Source: Ignavibacteriota bacterium (lineage in GTDB: Bacteria; Bacteroidota; Ignavibacteria; UBA10030; UBA6906). Taken from it: a stretch of 64,000 nucleotides of DNA. The position numbers and the translations under genes were made by a program. This document shows, in pieces, positions 56,397 to 64,000 of the stretch (its first letter is position 1; each line of letters begins with the position of its first letter). Under the pieces are notes generated by a model. The model saw only the letters and a program-made list of their open reading frames with translations. It was not told the origin of the DNA and searched no databases. The stretch is from the NCBI GenBank assembly GCA_963801355.1, contig CAWDEM010000004.1, forward strand, positions 1,504,001 to 1,568,000. Direction: 5' to 3'.

Positions 56397-57475
56397 AGTT
56401 TCTCCCTTCTTTTTCCCGGGCGGGACCCGATTTCGTCATAGATGGCGACTGTCCTCAATCCGATAGTGTCCCAATCAAGTTTTCTTGCCTTCTCGAAATT
56501 GGCATGACCCATCAGAGGTAGCTCACCAAACCGCTCTAATGTTGCCCGCATCGCTTTCGCTAATCCGTCCGGGACATCCGGATCATACAGCAATGCACCC
56601 GATGCATCGACATAATCGGGGATAGCGCCCTTCTTGGGGGCAATAACGGCCTTGGAAAAGGACATTCCGAGTATGAGGCTTCCTGACGTGAAGATATTCT
56701 GGAAGGGGAATATCATCACGTCGGCTGCATTCAAATACACCTGGAGATCGTGGTCATCGACAAAAGTGAGCACGCATCGTAGCCTCGGATCCGACGCACA
56801 ATGACGTCGGAGCTCATCAGCAAAGTGCTCGGTGATAGGTTTTCCTACGACCAGGAGTCGTGCGGATGGATCGTCGAGTGACTTGAACGAATGTATACAC
56901 GCCTGTAGCCCTTTGTACGGTCTCACATTCCCGAGCGAAAGGAACACCTTGTCGTGTGAGTTGAGACCGAGTCGCTGGCGGGCATCTTCTCGCGCAATGC
57001 TGTCATCATACACTCCGATGTAGTTTCCGTGAGGAACGACAGCGACCTTCTCCCGCCCCATCCCATGATATTCCTCAAGAAACTGTTTCTTGCACATCGC
57101 GGAATGAACGATGAGTCTCCTGGCAATCGCGATAAGAAATACACTGAACAGATATTCACTCCTGCGGTGCCGGCTATCATGACTGACCAGATTATGAACC
57201 GTCCATACGATAGGAATCCCACTCGCGCGAAATATGAAAAGGCGAGCCATTGATGCAAAGAAAGATACGTAGAAACGCCAAAAGCTTGAAGCGTCAAAAA
57301 ACTGCTGTGTCCAGTGAATGTGCAAGACATCCAGTTCTCTCCGTTGTGAAGAGAAGTCCTTCAGCGAAAGACTCCTTGCCAGTGTAATCTGCGCGCCGGT
57401 TTTCTCCAGAGCTCTTTTCAGCAACAATTGATACGGATTCGTCTTTGAATAATTCGGGATAAACAAGACATTCAT
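56393..57475 (-). CDS. GT4 glycosyltransferase (tandem paralog)
   Basis: NPYQ, LHIHW, VWTVHN, GNVRPYKG, TSGSLILGMSF; colinear with the neighbour. Confidence 0.92.
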   Translation of the reverse strand: MNVLFIPNYSKTNPYQLLLKRALEKTGAQITLARSLSLKDFSSQRRELDVLHIHWTQQFFDASSFWRFYVSFFASMARLFIFRASGIPIVWTVHNLVSHDSRHRRSEYLFSVFLIAIARRLIVHSAMCKKQFLEEYHGMGREKVAVVPHGNYIGVYDDSIAREDARQRLGLNSHDKVFLSLGNVRPYKGLQACIHSFKSLDDPSARLLVVGKPITEHFADELRRHCASDPRLRCVLTFVDDHDLQVYLNAADVMIFPFQNIFTSGSLILGMSFSKAVIAPKKGAIPDYVDASGALLYDPDVPDGLAKAMRATLERFGELPLMGHANFEKARKLDWDTIGLRTVAIYDEIGSRPGKRREKL

Positions 57476-58353
57476 GAACGGAGAAACCTCTTGAGTTCAT
57501 TCCACAGGGCGTAACGGTACAGTGTAAGATAGTACCACATGGAAACGTAGCAGGCGGCTTCCTCCATAATGGGAAGTCGCGCCCGCCGGATACACGGAAA
57601 GTGTGCCGCGAACCACATCCATTGCACAAAAGTATGCCGGTTGCGTTTCTCGGAGTCGAACCAACCATCCCGCTCTGCCGGATTGGGATGGGTTGAAAGC
57701 GAGTCCTGCTGGTGGTATCGGCGGAAAAAGAGCGCGTCGGGCAGTTGGTGGAAAGGCCCATGCAGCGCGAGTTCCGCAAGCAGTATCTTGTCGGATGCCG
57801 TGTAGGAACCGATGAGTCCGGTCCTCCGCAGAACCTCGGTGCGGACAACGCCCAGTACTGCATTGCATTGGCGGTTCAAGAAAGAGGACTCGAAAAACTG
57901 ACGCAATCTGAGCGAAGGACGGGCTGCAGTGACTTCGAGTGCATCTTCCGGCTTCCTCGACGATGGATTCCCCTGTCCATCGATCGGACGCGTAGTTGGA
58001 TAACACAGTATGACGGCTGGATGGGTTTCGAGATACCCCACGCACTGCGCAAGGAATGTCGGTGCGAGCAGATCGTCAGCCGCCATCCAGCGGAAGTACT
58101 TGCCGGCAGCCTCATGAACGAGACGATTGTAGTTGGGCGCCGCACCCTTGTTGACATCCGATGTCAGAATGCGGATACGCGGATCCCGGGAGGCATATTC
58201 CCGGCAGATGGGGAGCGTGGCATCGGTGGATGCATTATCACCGATAAGAAGCTCGAAGTCAGTGTAGGTTTGCTGAAGAATCGACTCCAGTGTCTGACGG
58301 ATGAATTCCTCACCGTTGAACACCGGCAATCCGATCGTGACCGTTGGCGTCAT
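57472..58353 (-). CDS. GT2 glycosyltransferase
   Basis: IGLPVFNGE, DNASTD, GKYFRWMAADD. Confidence 0.93.
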   Translation of the reverse strand: MTPTVTIGLPVFNGEEFIRQTLESILQQTYTDFELLIGDNASTDATLPICREYASRDPRIRILTSDVNKGAAPNYNRLVHEAAGKYFRWMAADDLLAPTFLAQCVGYLETHPAVILCYPTTRPIDGQGNPSSRKPEDALEVTAARPSLRLRQFFESSFLNRQCNAVLGVVRTEVLRRTGLIGSYTASDKILLAELALHGPFHQLPDALFFRRYHQQDSLSTHPNPAERDGWFDSEKRNRHTFVQWMWFAAHFPCIRRARLPIMEEAACYVSMWYYLTLYRYALWNELKRFLRS

Positions 58354-58588
58354 GAACTCTGCTCATTCAATCTACTGGCCGACCGTCTGAAAGTCAACTA
58401 TAGTCTCAAAATAGGAGCAAATCAGGCGAAATGCAATTTGACGATACGGAAACCGTCCTTCCGGGGACTAGCTACTCATTCATCCTTTCGACCGATTCAT
58501 TCCGAGGCTCTGTTCGGTATACTTCAGATGCAGATCAGCAGAGATCCTCTGGATTCAATCATTCAGCCAGACTGGAAAGGGTACTTCA

Positions 58589-58774
58589 GTGCTGCTCAAA
58601 ATCGAGGTAATTCTCGTCCTCCTGTGTCTCTTAGGACTCCTTACTTCCCATACTCTGAGCGGTTTCACCCACGTACTTCTGGTGCTCGGGATCATTGCCG
58701 TCTTGGTCAATGTCATTGGTAGCAGAACGGTGCCAGAGACCAAACAGTCGCCGTCCTTGCGAACGACAGTATAA
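58589..58774 (+). CDS. Small membrane protein (lmo0937/DUF5670-like)
   Basis: ILVLLCLLGL..SHTLSGFTHVLLVLGIIAVL pattern. Confidence 0.7.
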   Translation: MLLKIEVILVLLCLLGLLTSHTLSGFTHVLLVLGIIAVLVNVIGSRTVPETKQSPSLRTTV

Positions 58775-58967
58775 GGATGCGGGTGGAAGAGGGAAGGTTC
58801 CTCCTTGTTGTCGAGAGTGTGAGGGGGGATTATCGGCGGTGGTAGATGATGTGAGTAGCAGTTTTTCCAACTGCTAGCTGGAGAATAGGGTTGCAGGTTT
58901 CCGGTGCGCAAAGCGCGTGGCGGTTGATGTTCATAAGGGAAGAATTCCACCTTCGGGAGGAAACCGG

Positions 58968-59753
58968 ATGCTCTCCAGAATACTTATGATGTCGGTATGT
59001 ACACTCCTCGTCCTGTCCGGATGCACGCATTTTGTTGACGGTGCGCTGAGAAAAGATGTCACGGATGACGGAAGCATGGCACAGACCGGCACTGTACGGG
59101 CTGATGTCGATCAGGCCGACTCCATCTCTGCCGGCGCAGTGCAGGGAAATGGCGGGACGGACATCGACGATGACTCGATCGATCGGAGCACCGAGGCGTT
59201 TGTGGAGATGTACGGTCCAACCATCAAGCGGTACGCCGAACGGTATGGTCTGGATTGGCGTCTTGTGCTTGCGACCATGAAGCAGGAATCGGGGTTTTCG
59301 CCGACCGCGGTAAGTCATCGGGGGGCGACGGGGCTGATGCAGATCATGCCGGTCACAAGCGAAGAACTCTCCAGGATATTCAAGGTGGAGGACATTTCGC
59401 ACCCGAAAGACAACATCCGGGGAGGGGTGTACTATCTGCGCAAGCTGTACAATCTGTTTCCCGGGGCCGGCGAAGGCGATCGCATCCGGCTAGCGCTGGC
59501 GGCGTATAACGCGGGTATCGGGCGCATTTATGATGCACAGGAGCTGGCGGCACACCTTGATCAGGACCCGATGGCCTGGGAATCCGTCAAGAATGCGTTG
59601 CCCCTGTTATCGCGAGACAATCAGGAGTTGCACCGGACGGTGTGGTCCCAGGATCGCCCGAGGTGCGGGTGGTTCCGGAATCCGGGAGAGACGCTGAAGT
59701 ACGTGGAGAATGTGATGAACAATTATGACGAGTACCGGTTCATGTTCAACTGA
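58968..59753 (+). CDS. Lytic transglycosylase SLT-domain lipoprotein (MltF C-terminal-like)
   Basis: Lipobox LSGC; QESGF, GATGLMQIMP, ALAAYNAG, ETLKYV. Confidence 0.92.
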   Translation: MLSRILMMSVCTLLVLSGCTHFVDGALRKDVTDDGSMAQTGTVRADVDQADSISAGAVQGNGGTDIDDDSIDRSTEAFVEMYGPTIKRYAERYGLDWRLVLATMKQESGFSPTAVSHRGATGLMQIMPVTSEELSRIFKVEDISHPKDNIRGGVYYLRKLYNLFPGAGEGDRIRLALAAYNAGIGRIYDAQELAAHLDQDPMAWESVKNALPLLSRDNQELHRTVWSQDRPRCGWFRNPGETLKYVENVMNNYDEYRFMFN

Positions 59754-59786
59754 TGGACTCTTTTCACAAAAGTAAGGAGGCAGCCA

Positions 59787-59972
59787 ATGAACACGAACAG
59801 CACGAAAGGCAGCTGGAAGGAAATCAGCGGAAAACTCAAGCAACGATATGCCAACCTGACGGACGATGATGTACTCTTTGTGGAGGGCAAGGAGGAGGAA
59901 TTGTTGGGAAGACTTCAGAAGAAAATCGGGAAGAGCAAGGAAGAACTGCGAAAGGTGATCGCGAAGCTATGA
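59787..59972 (+). CDS. csbD: CsbD family stress protein
   Basis: KGSWKEISGKLKQRYANLTDDD...EGKEEELLGRLQKK.GKSKEE. Confidence 0.9.
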   Translation: MNTNSTKGSWKEISGKLKQRYANLTDDDVLFVEGKEEELLGRLQKKIGKSKEELRKVIAKL

Positions 59973-60051
59973 CGAGCCGCCCGTTTGTTGCGAACGAAGG
60001 CAGGGGAGCCCGCTTCTGCGTTATGTTTGTCCACGAGTTAAGGAGGATAGT

Positions 60052-60516
60052 ATGAAAGCATCCAAGTTGGTCTTGATGATATGTGTGGCAATTGTTCTTA
60101 TCGCTGCCGCAAATACGTCTCAGTCTTACGCACAGGTGCGGGGTGATCTGCGGCTGGGTTATTTCACCAATGGGTCGGACGCTTCACTCGGTGCCGGGAT
60201 TATCGGAGGCATCGCACCGAATTTGTATCTCAACCCGATGGTCGAATATATCTTTGTCAGCGGGGCCACGAGTCTATTTTTCAGCGGCGATGGGCATTAT
60301 GATTTTCCCATCCGTGATGATGCGCACGTTTGGCTGGGCGGTGGTTTGGGTGTGATGTACATGAGCGTGAACAGTGTTTCTGAAACCAATGTCGGACTCA
60401 ATCTGCTGACCGGAGCCGCCTTAGGGACGCGTGAGTCAGTGTATCCCTATTTCCAGCTGAAGGGATTTTTCTCAAAGTCAACCAATGCACAGCTCGCAAT
60501 CGGGTTGAGATTCTGA
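60052..60516 (+). CDS. Small outer-membrane beta-barrel protein
   Basis: Signal peptide, amphipathic strands, C-terminal GLRF. Confidence 0.82.
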   Translation: MKASKLVLMICVAIVLIAAANTSQSYAQVRGDLRLGYFTNGSDASLGAGIIGGIAPNLYLNPMVEYIFVSGATSLFFSGDGHYDFPIRDDAHVWLGGGLGVMYMSVNSVSETNVGLNLLTGAALGTRESVYPYFQLKGFFSKSTNAQLAIGLRF

Positions 60517-60676
60517 CCCACTTGTTGTTCGCGATTGGATGAAGGTAGAAGGAGCCTTTGCAGCAACCTCGAAGTTCAGGTTGCCCTTCACCTTGTGCCT
60601 CTTCTGAACGGCCACCCTGGAGATCGCGGCCAGCAAGAGTTGTGTTTCTATCCTTCCGGTATTACCTTACAGAGTA

Positions 60677-61711
60677 ATGAACATCCCTCGAGAACAGATT
60701 CACCGCATCCTCTGCATCAAGCCCCGCGGTATCGGTGACATCGTGTTGTCCACCATCATTCTGGACAGTCTTGCCGCGGCATTTCCATCCGCCGCCATCG
60801 ATTATCTCACAGAGCACTTTGCCATGGATGCGGTGAGGAATACGCCGCTGGTCAACGACGTCATCGGCATGAAAAGAAATGAGCCTGTGTGTCTCACGGC
60901 GTGGCGCGTCAGGAGACGTCGATATGATCTTGTCATCGACCTCTGGAGCAATCCGCGGAGCGCCCAGATCACGCGTCTTTCGGGTGCAGGCTACCGCGTC
61001 GGGTATGGATATCGTGGTCGGAAGTATGCGTACAACATCCTGGGAACCGGCGAACGGGGAGACCACCATTCGGCTGAGCACAACCTTGAACTGCTGAAGC
61101 CCCTCGACATCCCGGTTGTGTCGCGGCGGATCCACTTCTCGACCCTCCCTGAAGACGACACGGCTGCGAGGCAATGGCTCCTTTCGCGGTTTGGCCAACG
61201 CCCGGTGATCGGGATTGTCCCCTCAGGCGGATGGCCATCGAAACGTTGCACGCCGGCAACGTGGATCGCCATGTGTCGGGGGCTGATGCAACGGTACCAC
61301 CCTGCGTTTCTCGTACTGTGGGGACCGGGCGATGAGAACGATGCGGCAGCCATCTGCAAGGGAGTCGGGCAGGACATCGAACTCGCGCCGCCGACATCGG
61401 TTCGTCTCATGGCAGCCTTTCTTAAAATGTGTACGCTGGTGATTGCCAACGATTCGGGACCGATGCATATCGCTGCAGCGCTCGATGTGCCTACCATCGG
61501 CATCTTTGGCCCGACGGACCCCCGGAAGCACGGCCCTCTCGGGCGAAACGCAGGCTATATCATCAAAACCGATCTGCATTGTTCCATGTGCAATAAGCTT
61601 GAATGTCCATACGGGCACGAATGCATGACACAGCTATCGACTCAAGCTCTGCTCACGAAAGCGGACGAGCTTGCTGGTTCTCGCCTCCGGATCGACTCTT
61701 TGACCGCCTGA
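60677..61711 (+). CDS. GT9 LPS heptosyltransferase family protein
   Basis: RGIGDIVL, YDLVIDL, ANDSGPMHIAAA, IFGPT, C-x2-C...CP.GHECM. Confidence 0.93.
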   Translation: MNIPREQIHRILCIKPRGIGDIVLSTIILDSLAAAFPSAAIDYLTEHFAMDAVRNTPLVNDVIGMKRNEPVCLTAWRVRRRRYDLVIDLWSNPRSAQITRLSGAGYRVGYGYRGRKYAYNILGTGERGDHHSAEHNLELLKPLDIPVVSRRIHFSTLPEDDTAARQWLLSRFGQRPVIGIVPSGGWPSKRCTPATWIAMCRGLMQRYHPAFLVLWGPGDENDAAAICKGVGQDIELAPPTSVRLMAAFLKMCTLVIANDSGPMHIAAALDVPTIGIFGPTDPRKHGPLGRNAGYIIKTDLHCSMCNKLECPYGHECMTQLSTQALLTKADELAGSRLRIDSLTA

Positions 61712-61713
61712 GT

Positions 61714-62703
61714 ATGGAAACTGCCAGGAACTTGGAAACGGTCAAGCGCATCGCGCTCATCCGCGTCGGCAAGGTCGGCGATCTGATAGTCACCAATTTT
61801 GTTTTCCGCAAGATACGCGCCTCGTTTCCGGGCGCGACAATCATGCTCGTTACACTGCCGCGCAATCGCGAGCTTCTGCGCTACAATCACACCATGGACC
61901 ACGTGCGGTACTTTCACAAAGGCATTGATATTCTCCCACTGATTGTCCAGCTCCGCATGTTCAAGCCGGATCTCTTCCTCGATTTCAACGACAATAGTAG
62001 CAGCACGAGCACCCTCCTGGCGCGTTTCTGCGCCGCACCGGTGAAGGTAGGTTTTGCATTTCCGAAGACCAGGCCATACCTGACCCATCCCGTTGAATGC
62101 CCCGCAAAGGACAAGACTCACATCACAGAACGCCTGCGACGCATTCCCGAAGCCATAGGATTGACATTCACTCCGGAAGAGGTGATGCCCTCGATGGAGT
62201 TGGGGCGGCAGGAAGCGGAAGAGGTGTATCGCCGGCTCGAAGCAGTGGGGAGCCGAGGCCTTCGATTGGTATCCGTCAACCTTAGCGCGGGGCATCCGAG
62301 CCGCTACTGGCAAACCGGCAAGTGGTGTCAACTTCTCGCGGAGATCGCAGCGGCGAGTCCTGCCATTTTATTCATTCTCCTCACCGCACATGGTGAAGAG
62401 GCTCTGGCATCGGAGGTGACCAGAGGGTTGCCTTCACTCCGCTTCTTCTGCCCTGAGCGGTTGGGGTTCCATCATTTTGCAGCGTTCATCGCCCAGTCCA
62501 GCCTCCTTCTATCGCCGGACACATCGGCGATACATATTGCCGATGCCTTCCGGGTGCCTGTTATCGGCTTGTATCCCGCCGTGGAATGGAACTACAGAAG
62601 CTGGCGATCCGTTGGGACGGCATCCGTCGCGGTGCGTCCGGCGAAGGGCGATGTAGCTGACATAGAGGTTCATGAAGTGATGGAAGCATACCGTAGCCTT
62701 TAA
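61714..62703 (+). CDS. GT9 LPS heptosyltransferase family protein
   Basis: KVGDLI, SPDTSAIHIADA...PVIGLY. Confidence 0.9.
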   Translation: METARNLETVKRIALIRVGKVGDLIVTNFVFRKIRASFPGATIMLVTLPRNRELLRYNHTMDHVRYFHKGIDILPLIVQLRMFKPDLFLDFNDNSSSTSTLLARFCAAPVKVGFAFPKTRPYLTHPVECPAKDKTHITERLRRIPEAIGLTFTPEEVMPSMELGRQEAEEVYRRLEAVGSRGLRLVSVNLSAGHPSRYWQTGKWCQLLAEIAAASPAILFILLTAHGEEALASEVTRGLPSLRFFCPERLGFHHFAAFIAQSSLLLSPDTSAIHIADAFRVPVIGLYPAVEWNYRSWRSVGTASVAVRPAKGDVADIEVHEVMEAYRSL

Positions 62704-62858
62704 AGCAGCGAATGCAAAAGTTTCGCAGTAGATTAAACAAAATGCTCCCGTTTCGCGCTACGGATGCCCCTGGAAAAGCAGATTTGACGGAACATTGAGT
62801 GGCACAGGATGTGTAAGTGCAGTAGGGAAGTAGCTTGCCGGAGAAGGAGGGCCAGTCA

Positions 62859-63047
62859 ATGAAAGTCCATGAAATAGTCCAAAGGCTGAAACGTAAGCCT
62901 CAGAAGAAGGCCATTACGGCGACTCAGGCCGATGTTGAATATTTTGCCAATCTCTACGCCAAGTATCTGAATCGCCTGGAATCCACTGCCTCGTATGTTC
63001 CGCAGGACGACCCGCCGACCGCAGGAAGAGATGAAGACATTTTCTGA
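62859..63047 (+). CDS. Small hypothetical protein, paralog A (62 aa)
   Basis: GGAGG RBS; aligns with 63218..63442. Confidence 0.65.
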   Translation: MKVHEIVQRLKRKPQKKAITATQADVEYFANLYAKYLNRLESTASYVPQDDPPTAGRDEDIF

Positions 63048-63217
63048 AGTCGATGCCAGGAAGGTGCATCCGGGCAAAGAGGCCAGACTGGCGGTCTGAC
63101 AGACCCTACTGATAGCAGCAGGGCCTTAAAGTGTATTCTATTTGCTTTTTTCCATGCGGCCCTTTATCTTCATCCCCCCCAGGGGACCCTGAATTTAGCC
63201 GACATGGAGGTTGGTCA

Positions 63218-63442
63218 ATGGGAGTCCTAGAACTCTGCAAGTGGCTTGAACGTTGCCCTCAAGAGAAAACCCTTGCTGTCACCCGGCAAGAAGCCGAATG
63301 CGCCAGCAAGCTCTGCGACAAGTATCTGAACCACCTACAGTCCATTGCTTCGTATGTTCGAGTGGACCCGCCGACCGAAGAAGAGACTGGATTTCTTGTA
63401 GATGTCATTGCCAGGATGGCGCGTCAAGGCGAGGATATGTAG
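63218..63442 (+). CDS. Small hypothetical protein, paralog B (74 aa)
   Basis: GGAGG RBS; shares KYLNxLxSxASYV..DPPT with paralog A. Confidence 0.65.
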   Translation: MGVLELCKWLERCPQEKTLAVTRQEAECASKLCDKYLNHLQSIASYVRVDPPTEEETGFLVDVIARMARQGEDM

Positions 63443-63519
63443 CCTGCCGGGCAGCAGTTTTCCCGCGTCTTTAAGACCCCCGCACGACACCGGCAGGGGT
63501 GCTGCTTCATCAATATGGA

Positions 63520-64000
63520 TCATTGGAGTAGCAGCATCTTCCTCGACTGCACGAGGCCTCCTGCAGTGAGTCTGTAGATATACACTCCGCTTGCCAGACC
63601 TTTTGCATCGAACTTCACTTCGTAATTACCGGGTTCCTTCGTCTCGTTAGCCAGCATTGCAACCTCCCGCCCCAGCAGGTCATAGACGCCGAGCCTCACC
63701 CTAACTGCTACTGGCAACCGAAAGCCGACCACTGTTGTCGCATTGAACGGATTTGGGTAGTTCTGTGCCAGTGCACAGTCCGATGGAGCTTCGGCTCCAC
63801 GCAGTAACGCCACCGAGACTGTTCCAGGATCAGTACCGGTTTCCAGCCATTGCACAATCCTCGCGTTCTCCGCATCCTGTTGAAGTTCCCATCGGGCGTA
63901 GTCCTCCGGCCACCAGCGGTAGAGGTCGCCGAGTGGGAATCCATTCATACCAGCGTTCACCAGCGTCGGGTTTGTATAGGCCAGGTCTTCCGTGAGGGGC
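63520..64000 (-). CDS. T9SS-sorted protein, C-terminal part (5' end outside the window)
   Basis: Frame stays open to the window edge (PLTEDLAYTNPTLVNAG..GFPLGDL); QNYPNPFNATT CTD. Confidence 0.85.
   Translation of the reverse strand, partial: PLTEDLAYTNPTLVNAGMNGFPLGDLYRWWPEDYARWELQQDAENARIVQWLETGTDPGTVSVALLRGAEAPSDCALAQNYPNPFNATTVVGFRLPVAVRVRLGVYDLLGREVAMLANETKEPGNYEVKFDAKGLASGVYIYRLTAGGLVQSRKMLLLQ

Overview
A gene-dense, GC-rich (by eye about 60%) bacterial chromosomal window. Six proteins carry the 'NYPNPFNPxT' T9SS type-A C-terminal sorting domain, which points to an FCB-group organism (Ignavibacteria-like; inference). Left to right: a sigma54 two-component system with flanking sigma54 promoters and small target genes; a carbohydrate cluster (MFS porter, URO-D/MtaA-like protein, beta-helix enzyme, GH5, Tat-exported nucleoside-hydrolase-like protein); two tandem paralogous T9SS proteins; an ATL protein; etfB-etfA-acyl-CoA dehydrogenase; an epimerase and a GH105; an 8-gene minus-strand signalling locus; GDPD, DPP-IV, M28 peptidase and a Gfo/Idh/MocA oxidoreductase; a 2025-aa Ig-repeat surface protein; an OMP; a YhcG-N/methyltransferase fusion; a serine hydrolase; DUF1684; a glycosyltransferase cluster; stress and envelope genes; two GT9s; and a pair of tiny paralogous proteins. 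The best candidate for an undescribed system is 25079..33597. It joins a RsbU/RsbW/RsbV-like partner switch, an ECF sigma with membrane anti-sigma, a membrane-anchored 12-residue-repeat protein behind an ECF-type promoter, an outer-membrane peptidase/propeller/barrel protein and a PrsW protease. Two single-base frameshifts (ATL, etfB) may be assembly errors. No rRNA, tRNA, CRISPR array or transposase was seen. All family calls come from motif recognition by eye, not database searches.
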